Source: Candidatus Hermodarchaeota archaeon (lineage in GTDB: Archaea; Asgardarchaeota; Hermodarchaeia; Hermodarchaeales; Hermodarchaeaceae). From it: a stretch of DNA of 64,000 bases. The notes below the pieces were generated by a model. It worked only from the letters and a program-made list of their open reading frames with translations. It ran no database searches and was not told the DNA's origin. Location of the stretch: positions 1-64,000 of the forward strand of contig JAEOTB010000054.1 in the NCBI GenBank assembly GCA_016840065.1. The letters run 5' to 3'. Shown piece after piece: positions 28,404-37,338 of this stretch. Within the stretch, counting starts at the first letter, position 1; each line of letters opens with the position of its first letter. The position numbers and the translations under genes were made by a program.

Positions 28404-28856
28404 TCATTTGGGATCAGGAACCTCGTCTAGGTGCTCTGTGATTCTATTGATAATGTAGTGGGAACGTCGGATTGCTGTAAGGGAGCCGAATTCGGCATAG
28501 TGTAGCTCATCGGAGGATAAGGTTTTTCCGCGTTTTCCCCTCAATTTTTCAAGGAAATCTTCGAGGTGGTGCTTTACCTCCCGGAGGGAGGAAATAGCTT
28601 CTGAGGATGCGCCTATTAGCAGTTGTGCGAGTTCCTTTGCTGGAGGAATTCCTGATGTATCAGAGAGTAGGTTGCGCACCTCCTTAAAATGGGATTTTAT
28701 ATTTTCGAGTACAACTCGTAGTTCTTCAGCTGTTCGCAGCATGGTCTCGAGTTCTTCTAGACTCTGAGAGGGGGATATTTTCTCAATTGCTTTCTCAAAG
28801 GGACTGAGGATTGTTTCGAGTTGGTTTTGTAATTTCAGGATTTTTGCACGGCTCAT
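28404..28856 (-). CDS. Hypothetical all-helical protein
   Basis: 150 aa with amphipathic helices; 14 nt downstream of the peptidase gene with GGTGA RBS, probably co-transcribed. Confidence 0.7.
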   Translation of the reverse strand: MSRAKILKLQNQLETILSPFEKAIEKISPSQSLEELETMLRTAEELRVVLENIKSHFKEVRNLLSDTSGIPPAKELAQLLIGASSEAISSLREVKHHLEDFLEKLRGKRGKTLSSDELHYAEFGSLTAIRRSHYIINRITEHLDEVPDPK

Positions 28857-28870
28857 AACATCACCATAGT

Positions 28871-30859
28871 TCAGGTTTTTGTGGTTTTTTGTATTCTGAC
28901 GAGTCTTAAGCCCTCAAGGAGATTTATTAATTTTAGTACTGCTTCTATGTTTGCTATGGTACCAAATTCAGCTTCTAGTACTATTTGTATCTCAAAGAGG
29001 TTTCGGTCACCATCAATGAAGTTAGTTAGCTCCAAGAGGAACTCTGTGAATCGGGGTCTCTCTCTTTGACTCCTGAGCCATTCTGCTTCCTTTGGTGGGA
29101 GGGCTCTGTTTAGTTGGTATAATGAGAGGGGCCCAGTGAACTCTCTGTGAGGAATTATTTGTTGAGCTTCATTCTCTGGTTTTCGAAGGCGAAGTCTTGT
29201 AGGAGGTTTATAATCGAGTGATTCGCATCGTAGTTTTTCGAATTCGAGGAGCCGTTTTTCTTCAACCTCTTTCACTCGCTTAAGGTCGGCAATAAGGCTG
29301 TTGACGAATCGTTGAACCTTATCTTTTCTTGAGAGTTTAATAACGCTCTTTATTGCGAGTTCATCACAGCTCACAAGCCTCCTAATTTTTCTGATGCCCT
29401 TCCTGAGGGCTGTAAACATGGTGTATCCCTTTTGAGTTGAAAAGGCGCTGCGAATGGTCTCCTGACTTGTGTGGCTTAGCCGCTTAAGGGACCGAGCATA
29501 GACCTCGGTGGCGATGAAGGTAGCCTCCTCTTGCTCTGCGTTGGCTTGAAGGAGGGTACTCATTGCAACTGCATATGCAACGCGTTTTAATTGGGAGGCG
29601 TCGCACTTGTCCATCGAGTCCTCGCTAGAGTGATAGAAGGCATCAGGCCAGTGGTTCAGCATCGGACAAGGCACACCGATAGTGGAATCCACCAGCATCA
29701 CATGATCGCTTCCTCCTCCAAAACCCATAACTTTGAACCGAAAGGGTTGACGACTTCCCCGAGGAGAGAGAAGTCGTGGCTCTTGAGAGGCTTCTTCTAA
29801 TAGATACTCAAGTAGATCGTTTATATAACTAGGAATAGAATGGGGAGTACGATAAAGAATCAGAGAACCACCGCACCTTAGAGAGTCTTGGCCCACCATG
29901 TCGCAGTTTATTGCGCTTATGGTTCGTTTTGCTAGCTCTGGGTATTCATGGAGATAACAGATGGTTCCAAAAAACTCGGGGACCCACATAAACCGGATTG
30001 TGCGAAGGGGTCGAGGAAGTCGACCCTGATTAATGAGCGAGCTTATCGTCCTAGCAATCTCCATTATTAAGGCGCTGCCACTAGCGTTGTCATTTGCGCT
30101 TGGACGCGGATGACAGAGGTGAGCTATGAGTAGTACCTCCTCCTCTGGGTACTTCTCACCCTCGATGACTGCAGTTAGAACTCTTTGTTCCCCTTTGTAG
30201 AGTTCAGCTTCAATCTTTGCATGTAACAATACTTCTTTCTCAGTTTCCACTAGTCTTCGGAGCCTCAATCCTGTCTTACCCGAGATAGAAAAGGCAAAGC
30301 CAATGTTCTTCACTTCATCTTTGACAGGCCAGAGTCCTTCATATTGTACAAGATCCGGGTGTAGAGTTCTTCGTTCTGTGGGAGGGAAGTGAACTGTTCC
30401 AAGGGCACCACGACGGAGAACTGCTTGCCGATGAACGTCCCGGGCACGACCATAGGAGAGCACGATCTTCCCTTCAACTTCAACCTTCTGGTAATCTCGG
30501 TCATGGCTACCCTCCCCCACGTAAACGAGGGGAGCTTCTACATCTGTTCCCTGACTGTGCGCAACGACACTTACCGGCGTTTCCGAGAAACGTGTGAGGA
30601 GTTTCTGATGTGGGTGAATGAGACGGAGTTCGCCGCTTGTTACGCGCCAGCCCATGGGTGCTGTCCACTGCCAAGTTCTCGTGTATCCGTCTGCAGGGTA
30701 AACACTAATCCTAGTCGTGACACCAGGTAGAGGTTTCATCTGCTGCTCCACATATCGTATCGCTTCATGAAACCCTGGTGAAGCCTGGATCCTGTGAAAT
30801 CGTGTTATTTCACTGATGAAATCCTTGGCAATCGACCCGGACAATTCTTCGATAAGCAC
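28871..30859 (-). CDS. M28-family zinc metallopeptidase with PA domain (DUF4910-like)
   Basis: AHLCHPRPSANDNASG, WVPEFFGT, INCDMVG, GGSDH and YHSSED motifs; PA insert (VEGKIVL); C-terminal FIDGDRNLFEI winged-helix-like segment. Confidence 0.85.
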   Translation of the reverse strand: MLIEELSGSIAKDFISEITRFHRIQASPGFHEAIRYVEQQMKPLPGVTTRISVYPADGYTRTWQWTAPMGWRVTSGELRLIHPHQKLLTRFSETPVSVVAHSQGTDVEAPLVYVGEGSHDRDYQKVEVEGKIVLSYGRARDVHRQAVLRRGALGTVHFPPTERRTLHPDLVQYEGLWPVKDEVKNIGFAFSISGKTGLRLRRLVETEKEVLLHAKIEAELYKGEQRVLTAVIEGEKYPEEEVLLIAHLCHPRPSANDNASGSALIMEIARTISSLINQGRLPRPLRTIRFMWVPEFFGTICYLHEYPELAKRTISAINCDMVGQDSLRCGGSLILYRTPHSIPSYINDLLEYLLEEASQEPRLLSPRGSRQPFRFKVMGFGGGSDHVMLVDSTIGVPCPMLNHWPDAFYHSSEDSMDKCDASQLKRVAYAVAMSTLLQANAEQEEATFIATEVYARSLKRLSHTSQETIRSAFSTQKGYTMFTALRKGIRKIRRLVSCDELAIKSVIKLSRKDKVQRFVNSLIADLKRVKEVEEKRLLEFEKLRCESLDYKPPTRLRLRKPENEAQQIIPHREFTGPLSLYQLNRALPPKEAEWLRSQRERPRFTEFLLELTNFIDGDRNLFEIQIVLEAEFGTIANIEAVLKLINLLEGLRLVRIQKTTKT

Positions 30860-30979
30860 ATTCCGATACTTGTTATGAAAAATGGCAAGATGCCCTCCTG
30901 CTTTGGGTAAATATTTGTTTAGAATCCTTTTATTGTTGGTTAACCTTTAAAAGCACATGAACTATACTCTGTTAAACAG

Positions 30980-31921
30980 GTGAGTGGCTTGTCAGCGAGC
31001 CTCCAATTACATGATGTCCAGGACACAGGCGAGATTCTAGAGATAAAGCCAAAGGGTGACATTAGGGACGAGCTCGCTGGTGACCGAGTTCTCATAATTG
31101 TAAATCATGAGGACCGAAAGATATGGGTGTGGATGGGGGGACAGGCTCGCGTTCGCAGGAAATTTATTGGTGCCCGCCAAGCACAAGCCATCCGTAGTCA
31201 GGTTGGCCTCACATACAAGGTTATATCTGTTGAAGCTGGCGATGAGTCAGGAGAATTTCTCACAGCAGTTGGTCTTAAGGCACCCACAAAGGTTGAGAAA
31301 CCTGAAGTTGTCACTGAGGTGGATATCCCCACCCGTCCAGCCTCTAAGCCAAAACCTGTAACTACCCCAAAACCCAAACCAAAGACAACCCCAAAACCCA
31401 AACCAAAGACAACACCCACCCCAACCCGTCCAGTTGCGACTACACCAGCACCTTCGAGCCAGCTAGGCCAAGAATATGAGGGGTTAGAGAAGGTTTTCCC
31501 GCTTAAGGAAACAGGCTTAACCTCACCAACAAAGTTGGACCGCATCATCAGCATCATTGAGAGTACTACACTACCACCAGGCTATGCACGTGAACTGGTT
31601 ATCATTGGCCATGAGGTCTTTACAACTGTAGAACGTACAGTAGATCAGATGGGTAAGACAAAAACTACAATCCAACTAGAGCGCAGCCACACGTTACCCG
31701 AGGGCACATTTTTTGGCGGCGATTACACTCCACGAATCATCGTTGAAGCTGGACGGGTGCTTGCCACCGAGTTCTTAAAGAGAGTTAATAATGGAGACAG
31801 AACAAGTCTTCGTGACACAACTCAAGACGCTGGGGTTTCACAACTCCTTGACATTTTCCAAATCAGCACAGAAAAACCGAAGCCCCCAAAGCGGAAGAGA
31901 AAAGCTAAGGCAAAGCCATAA
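30980..31921 (+). CDS. Gelsolin-like domain protein with Pro/Lys/Thr linker and C-terminal X domain (Asgard 1DGelX-like architecture)
   Basis: N-terminal DRVLIIVNHEDRKIWVWMGGQARVRRKFIGARQA...VISVEAGDESGEFL fits the gelsolin/ADF-H pattern (IWxWxG, VEEGxEsxEF). C-terminal domain PPGYARELVIIG...LPEGTFF..YTPRIIVE.GRVLATEFLK. Confidence 0.78.
   Translation: MSGLSASLQLHDVQDTGEILEIKPKGDIRDELAGDRVLIIVNHEDRKIWVWMGGQARVRRKFIGARQAQAIRSQVGLTYKVISVEAGDESGEFLTAVGLKAPTKVEKPEVVTEVDIPTRPASKPKPVTTPKPKPKTTPKPKPKTTPTPTRPVATTPAPSSQLGQEYEGLEKVFPLKETGLTSPTKLDRIISIIESTTLPPGYARELVIIGHEVFTTVERTVDQMGKTKTTIQLERSHTLPEGTFFGGDYTPRIIVEAGRVLATEFLKRVNNGDRTSLRDTTQDAGVSQLLDIFQISTEKPKPPKRKRKAKAKP
31364..31411 (+). repeat. Perfect 24-nt tandem duplication encoding TPKPKPKT x2
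   Basis: accccaaaacccaaaccaaagaca at 31364-31387 and 31388-31411. Confidence 0.9.
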
Positions 31922-32018
31922 CCTCAAGCTCTTCGGCTCATTGGTTCCTTTTTGCAAAAATAGATAAAGGCGGGGTTCTTAGCTCAACTCGTCAAATAAT
32001 TGGCGGAGTAAGAGAACA

Positions 32019-33275
32019 ATGAGTCGAAACTGCACGAAGTGTGGTGCAACTGTTCCTGGTATTGCAAAATTCTGCCGCGTCTGCGGTACAGCCATAAAGC
32101 CAAAGGTTAGCCCGAAACCGCGTAAGTGCCCTACCTGTAATGATATGGTTCCAGGAGGTCAGCGGAGTTGTCCAAAATGTGGCACCCGGCTCCCCCGCCC
32201 CAAAACCCCATCAGCCACTGGTGAAACAAAGACCTGTTCCAGCTGTGGCTATGATAAGATACCTGTTACGGGTAAATTCTGTACCAAGTGTGGAATCTCC
32301 CTTTCTGAAGCTGCCCCCCCAGAAGAGGAGCCAGTAGAACCTGAGACTTCCACGGTTTCAGTAAGTGAAGGTGTGTGCCCAAAATGTGGCAAACCTACTA
32401 AACCGAGGGCAAAGTTCTGCACCGGCTGCGGTTCAAGCCTTTCAAACCCATCGTCCTCTACCGTTTCTGTTGTTGAGAAGGTCACGACTCCCCGGGTTGT
32501 ATCTGGGTCTGAACCTTCCATTTCCTATGATCCCATCCCAGTTCCAGCAAAGGCTCTCAGTCAGCTTGTAGCAAGAGGAAAACAACTGGCTCTAGAGAAG
32601 ACGTACACGGGGAAGGAGGGTGACGAGAAGGTCATCAAGCGTATAAGCGAGGTAGAGAAGGATGGCGGTTTCCCATTAGAAGAGATTGTAGATACATACA
32701 TCCAGGAAAGGGGAGAGCAGGAAAGACTGGAGATGCTTCTTGAGAATGGAGAGGTAACTGAAAGGGTCTACTCTCGACTATCAAAGGAGTACGATGAGAA
32801 ACTCCTAGACCTTGAGGAGAAAATCAAGGACGGTAGAGCAACGCTTCTAGGTTATCTTACTAAGCTTAGAAGTGACCTTCAGGATGCGGAGGAAAAGCTA
32901 GAAACCATTGAAACCAAATCCCAGATTGATGACGATAAAACCCTAAAGGCAAAGCAGAAAAAACTCAAGAAGAAGATTCAGAAGCTTCAGCTAGCCATCT
33001 CTGCCGCGGTCCACATTCTTAACAAGGAGAGCGCCATAAGTGGTGGAACTCCTATCCGCTTTGAAATCTCGGAGGTAACTCTTGGAGAGGCAGCTACAGA
33101 TATATCCGAATCCAGCGATAAAGACACTAGCACTACCTCACCACCTAAGGAAGATGAGAGTACTCCAGAAGAGAAACCAACCGAAGATATCGAAGGCGGG
33201 AAAATTTGCCCTCGATGTGGTGTGGTCACAGCACCTTCAGCGAAATACTGCACTAAATGTGGTCAGATAATCTGA
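32019..33275 (+). CDS. Multi-zinc-ribbon (DZR) protein with CdvA-like coiled-coil region
   Basis: Five CxxC...CxxC ribbons (four N-terminal, one C-terminal). Central RLEMLLENGEVTERVYSRLSKEYDEKL...coiled coil resembles the CdvA-like L..GEIS..Y..L..Y signature. Confidence 0.72.
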   Translation: MSRNCTKCGATVPGIAKFCRVCGTAIKPKVSPKPRKCPTCNDMVPGGQRSCPKCGTRLPRPKTPSATGETKTCSSCGYDKIPVTGKFCTKCGISLSEAAPPEEEPVEPETSTVSVSEGVCPKCGKPTKPRAKFCTGCGSSLSNPSSSTVSVVEKVTTPRVVSGSEPSISYDPIPVPAKALSQLVARGKQLALEKTYTGKEGDEKVIKRISEVEKDGGFPLEEIVDTYIQERGEQERLEMLLENGEVTERVYSRLSKEYDEKLLDLEEKIKDGRATLLGYLTKLRSDLQDAEEKLETIETKSQIDDDKTLKAKQKKLKKKIQKLQLAISAAVHILNKESAISGGTPIRFEISEVTLGEAATDISESSDKDTSTTSPPKEDESTPEEKPTEDIEGGKICPRCGVVTAPSAKYCTKCGQII

Positions 33276-33302
33276 TGAGCTGTCGCCTTGAACTGGGCCG
33301 CA

Positions 33303-33884
33303 TTAGATATTTCTAGTTTCTAGCGCATCGAAGAAAGCGTCAGTGAGTCCAGCTCTGTACCTGAATCCACCTGATTTTGATGCAAGAAGTAGTGGACGAA
33401 TCTCCTTTTGTAGTTCATCACGTGTTCTGAGTTGGACATCAGAAATCTCAGTTGTGTCTTGTGTTTCTAGTTCTCCCCCCACTGATTGAGCCAGAAAAAC
33501 ATAGGAGACCCAATCGATTGGGGAGTGACCTTTACAGTAGAAGGTGACATGGCATTCTAGGACCCATCTCTGAAGTTCTATGTCCAGTCCTGTCTCCTCT
33601 TTTCCTTCGCGGATGGCGGCCGCTTCGAGGCGCTCACCAGGGGATGCGCCTCCGGAGGGGGCGCGGAGAATCCCAGTCTTGGCGTAGAGGTGCTTCTCTA
33701 TTACAACGTATTTGTCTTGGTGTAGGATGAATAGAGTAACATCATGATAGCGTCCCTGTTGGGTTGATTGGATTACTAGCTTGAATTCTTCTGGATTCAT
33801 TTCAAAACAGAATTCAAGTCGTCGTGGTTTTCCAAAACGTGCTTCCAGGACATTGAGTTCTGCCTGAAAATCCTCATGAGCCAT
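33303..33884 (-). CDS. NUDIX hydrolase
   Basis: Nudix box GGASPGERLEAAAIREGKEETGL. Confidence 0.88.
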   Translation of the reverse strand: MAHEDFQAELNVLEARFGKPRRLEFCFEMNPEEFKLVIQSTQQGRYHDVTLFILHQDKYVVIEKHLYAKTGILRAPSGGASPGERLEAAAIREGKEETGLDIELQRWVLECHVTFYCKGHSPIDWVSYVFLAQSVGGELETQDTTEISDVQLRTRDELQKEIRPLLLASKSGGFRYRAGLTDAFFDALETRNI

Positions 33885-33919
33885 AGAAGAAGCCTCAGGG
33901 CAAGAATTTGATTCAACCT

Positions 33920-33980
33920 AAAAAAATGTTGGGAACAGCGAGAGGGAGGGCGGGTGAGGTTAGTTCCCGCCCTTCTCGCT
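33920..33980 (-). terminator. GC-rich hairpin plus T7 tract downstream of hsp20
   Basis: AGCGAGA(GG)GAGGGCGGG (33937-33954) pairs imperfectly with CCCGCCCTTCTCGCT (33966-33980); A7 at 33920-33926 is T7 on the - strand. Confidence 0.65.
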
Positions 33981-34012
33981 TCTCAGGTCTTCTATCTCTG
34001 CTGATTATGGGA

Positions 34013-34618
34013 TTATAGGTGTTTAAGCTGGATTTCGATAACTCCGTTCTTGAATTGTTGTTCTTCGAGTTCTACTGGGACTGGCAGTTCGAGCTCACGG
34101 AAGGGATTACCGTTCACTTGGACAAAGATGCGTCTTCCCTTGACACTGGTTTGCACGTCTTCAGCGTTGGTTGCAGGCAATTCAAAGATCACTATGAAGC
34201 CGTTCTCCTTGTCGATGACATCGATTAGGTAGTTATCAGACTCTTTTAGCTGTGGATGGGGTAAGGGATTGGGTGTTGGATCAAGGGGCTTAGGATAGGG
34301 CTCTGCGGGTCTGGGTCGTGGCCTTTGTGGAGGTGCTTGGAGGCCAGGAGGAAGAACATGTTCTGCGATGGAGTCGTTGAAATTCTGTTTATCTGTAGGT
34401 AGGTTGCTGAACTCTTTGGTTTCTACTCGTCCGTCGGGAGTTACGATTGTGGTTCGACCATAGACTATTGGGCCCCATGTGATTGTTTTCCCGTGTTCGT
34501 CTTCTTTGATTTGGGGTTGGAGTTGCCTTGCTTGGCTAAGTCGACTGGATTGGAGCATGCTGAGGAGAGCTTGGAACTCTCGCTGTATCATCTTGTTGAA
34601 TTCGTCTATTAGGCTCAT
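34013..34618 (-). CDS. hsp20: Small heat-shock protein (archaeal Hsp20/alpha-crystallin family)
   Basis: GPIVYG..IVTPDGRVETKEFSN (archaeal Hsp20 N-terminal motif) and alpha-crystallin end ELP.PV...FKNGVIEIQL; ATG 34618 preceded by GGAGTGAGG. Confidence 0.82.
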   Translation of the reverse strand: MSLIDEFNKMIQREFQALLSMLQSSRLSQARQLQPQIKEDEHGKTITWGPIVYGRTTIVTPDGRVETKEFSNLPTDKQNFNDSIAEHVLPPGLQAPPQRPRPRPAEPYPKPLDPTPNPLPHPQLKESDNYLIDVIDKENGFIVIFELPATNAEDVQTSVKGRRIFVQVNGNPFRELELPVPVELEEQQFKNGVIEIQLKHL

Positions 34619-34635
34619 TATTGCCTCACTCCATT

Positions 34636-34690
34636 TTACTAACAATTTGTGACTAACTCGTTGTTAGTAACTCTATAATATAAACTTTTT
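34636..34690 (-). promoter_or_regulatory. hsp20 promoter (BRE/TATA) with HSR1/Phr-type operators
   Basis: - strand AAAAAG-TTTATATT (34690-34677). Perfect ACTAAC-N5-GTTAGT at 34652-34668 and imperfect CTAAC-N5-GTGAC at 34639-34653 lie between the TATA box and the RBS. Confidence 0.75.
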
Positions 34691-34715
34691 GTCCATTCTA
34701 GAGCAAACCACAACA

Positions 34716-34738
34716 TTTACTAACATAAAGTGAGTAAA
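34716..34738 (+). promoter_or_regulatory. Third operator copy upstream of the regulator (putative autoregulation)
   Basis: TTTACTAAC-ataaa-GTGAGTAAA inverted repeat, 8 of 9 positions matched. Confidence 0.7.
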
Positions 34739-34772
34739 TAAACCAGCTAACCCATAAAAAGGAGCTGCATCA

Positions 34773-35309
34773 ATGCCACCCACAAAAATCAGCGACGAAT
34801 TCGACATCCTCTTCCACCTACTGGGCAACCGAACCCGCTATGAGATTCTACGCCACCTGGTCCGTGAACCTATGTTTCTTGGTCAATTAAGCCGAGAACT
34901 CGCCATTGGACAGCAGGCAATACTACGTCATCTACGGGAACTCATCAAACAGGGACTGCTTGAGACCTATGAGGATGAAAGCATTCGTGGACCCCCAAGG
35001 AAGTACTACAAGTTAGGTAAATGTATTCGTCTCAGTATTCGCATCTCTCCTGAGGGAATTCATGTCATCAGCACGATGCCTGATACTGCTCAGCCTCAGA
35101 CTGTGGAGGAGCTTCTTCGAAGGAACTACCCAGAACTTAGCAGGCTCCTAACCCGCGTCCAATTACTCCCTAGAATCAGAAATCATGAAAAACGTCGTAT
35201 TGCATCAAATGAGCTCCTCAGACAACTAAAAATGAAACGTAGGGAAGTAAGATCAATTGCAGAATATCTTAGCAAGGTAATTAACTGGGTGCAGGAGAAC
35301 CAACACTAG
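34773..35309 (+). CDS. ArsR-type winged-helix regulator, Phr/HSR1-like heat-shock regulator
   Basis: LGNRTRYEIL..L..EPMFLGQLSREL.IGQQAILRHL.EL...GLL...RGPPRKYY followed by a C-terminal helical region; divergent from hsp20. Confidence 0.82.
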   Translation: MPPTKISDEFDILFHLLGNRTRYEILRHLVREPMFLGQLSRELAIGQQAILRHLRELIKQGLLETYEDESIRGPPRKYYKLGKCIRLSIRISPEGIHVISTMPDTAQPQTVEELLRRNYPELSRLLTRVQLLPRIRNHEKRRIASNELLRQLKMKRREVRSIAEYLSKVINWVQENQH

Positions 35310-35456
35310 ACTTTTGTTCGTCCAGGTGATATAAGGCTAGTTGATTCTGTTTTTTGCGTGTCTGAAAAACTATTTATGCCCAATGGGGGGATAGTAGGAT
35401 GGAACGAGACAATCACTCCAACAAGCTTTGCAACTCGAGCTTTTGGTGGTTATTTA

Positions 35457-35897
35457 ATGGGGCTTCTAGATAGGTTACGGTCATTGTTCAGACGAAGAAA
35501 AGCAGCTGATGACAAGTCAGCTGGTAGCAAGTCGCTTAAAGGCAGTGAACAGACATTCAAACAAGTAGTAGTAGGAGAGGTATCCGAAAGGAAGGGTGGT
35601 ATGGGTATATCCCATACTCTAGAGCTTTCTGGAACACCAAAGGTTGACAAGTTGTTAAAGGAATACCAGAAGTTAGAATTGGAACGTTTTCGTCTAAGAA
35701 GCGAATTGGATATCATAGAGAAACGCCTGGCCCTTGGTGCCATCACTGAGAAGCAGCGCAACGGTGCTTATAGGACTCGCCTTTCTCGAGCAGGGAAAAT
35801 CAGTTTGCGCCAGGTCACAATTAGAACCAGACTAAGGAAGTTAGGATGTTCCATTCACCGCCATTGGCGTGTTGTTGAACCACAACCTCTAGTCTAA
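35457..35897 (+). CDS. Hypothetical basic helical protein with N-terminal amphipathic helix
   Basis: ATG 35457 after GGTGGT; MGLLDRLRSLFRRRK; helical-hairpin-like C-terminal half. The ORF track starts at 35358. Confidence 0.65.
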   Translation: MGLLDRLRSLFRRRKAADDKSAGSKSLKGSEQTFKQVVVGEVSERKGGMGISHTLELSGTPKVDKLLKEYQKLELERFRLRSELDIIEKRLALGAITEKQRNGAYRTRLSRAGKISLRQVTIRTRLRKLGCSIHRHWRVVEPQPLV

Positions 35898-37051
35898 TCT
35901 TTGATTCCTAGTAGAGGAAATGCTAGTTGCTTCACCCTTTCTATGCTGATGTTAATGACTTTCTTCAGTTGATTTCTTTCTGAATCAGTCAATTGAGGGG
36001 CTTTTTGGTCTCGAACGTGGGTGGGTGGCTCTAATCCGGTGGTTTCTTTGAAGAGCTGCAGCCACTCCTTTGGGATTTCATCATCAACAACGAATTCGGC
36101 GTATTCACTAAACATCAGAGTCCAGCACCTGGGTACAGAGAGGTAAGAGTAACCACCTCCGCCCACTGTTATGAGACGTCCCCCTGTATAATGGTTGGTG
36201 AGTTCCGCCACCCGGGCTGCTACCTTTGTGTAGGTTTCTGTTGTCAACCTGAGATGCCCTAGTTGGTCTTGGAAGTGAGTATCTACTCCACTCTGCATGA
36301 CAATGGCTTCGGGTTGATAGGTTTCAATGATGGGAGGGACAATGGCTTCAAAGGCTTGGAGATAGAACTCGTCTGTAGTGTATGGTGGTAAAGGAACATT
36401 GACCGAGTAGCCCTCTCCTTCACCTTCGCCAAGTTCTTCTGGAAAACCTGTGCCTGGGTATAGGGTTCGACCTGTCTCATGGATGGAGAGGGTGAGAACA
36501 CCAGATTCATTGTAGAAGATTTCCTGAACCCCATCCCCGTGGTGAACATCGATATCGATATAGAGGATTCGTTCGAGCCCATATTGTTTTTGTAAGTGGC
36601 GGCAGGCGATGGCAACATCGTTGAAGATACAGAAACCAGCAGCGCTGCCTGGCCTAGCGTGATGGAGTCCTCCAGCGGGGTTCCATCCAATACTAGCCTT
36701 TCCCTTCATGACATAATCTACACAGGCGAGAGTTGCTCCAACTGCAAGGCAGGTCACTTCATAAGCGCCAGGAAATGCGCTGGTGTCTCCCATGTCAAGG
36801 ACGGAGTAATTGTCCTTCTGACTGAGCTTCCGGACTTGATCTATGTAGGATTGAGTGTGGACTAGTCTTACCTGGTCTTCGGTGGCAGGGGAGAACTCTG
36901 GCTCTAGTATGTTGGGACTTTCGAGTATTCCAAGAACTTGACATAACTCATGATGAAGCATTATCCTTTCTTGCCGCAAAGGATGTCTTGGACCGAGATC
37001 GTAGCGGAGGAAGTCGGGATGGTAAAAAAATGCCACTTTTTTTGTCAACAA
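35894..37051 (-). CDS. acuC: Zn-dependent deacetylase, AcuC/histone deacetylase family
   Basis: HPL..ER, GGLHHA, GFCIFND, DIDVHHGDG, YPGTG, NVPLPP, QSGVD..FQDQLG, GGGGY. Confidence 0.9.
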   Translation of the reverse strand: MLTKKVAFFYHPDFLRYDLGPRHPLRQERIMLHHELCQVLGILESPNILEPEFSPATEDQVRLVHTQSYIDQVRKLSQKDNYSVLDMGDTSAFPGAYEVTCLAVGATLACVDYVMKGKASIGWNPAGGLHHARPGSAAGFCIFNDVAIACRHLQKQYGLERILYIDIDVHHGDGVQEIFYNESGVLTLSIHETGRTLYPGTGFPEELGEGEGEGYSVNVPLPPYTTDEFYLQAFEAIVPPIIETYQPEAIVMQSGVDTHFQDQLGHLRLTTETYTKVAARVAELTNHYTGGRLITVGGGGYSYLSVPRCWTLMFSEYAEFVVDDEIPKEWLQLFKETTGLEPPTHVRDQKAPQLTDSERNQLKKVINISIERVKQLAFPLLGIKD

Positions 37052-37338
37052 GTTTACTTCCGAGTTCTTGTTTGTATTGAGATATTTATAGGAGATGATA
37101 GTATTATATGAGAGAATATTGGAGATTCTTCTTCAAGATTACGTTTTTCGAAGGGTACAATGGTTTTGCGATTTCCTCAATTGATATGAGATATGTTTTA
37201 GGATTACTTAATGTTAATGATTCTTATTCAAAGAAAAATAATCCAAAAGCTATTTAAACCAGAAAGACTTAGCACTATTTGGGCAGGCAAGCGAGTCGCA
37301 TTTCGCGATTAACCCGCAATCCTTTAGATCTGGTGCAA

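Noticed and set aside
35894-37051. Eukaryote-specific histone deacetylase as a signature protein
   Set aside because: AcuC-type deacetylases are widespread in prokaryotes; nothing here indicates histone specificity.
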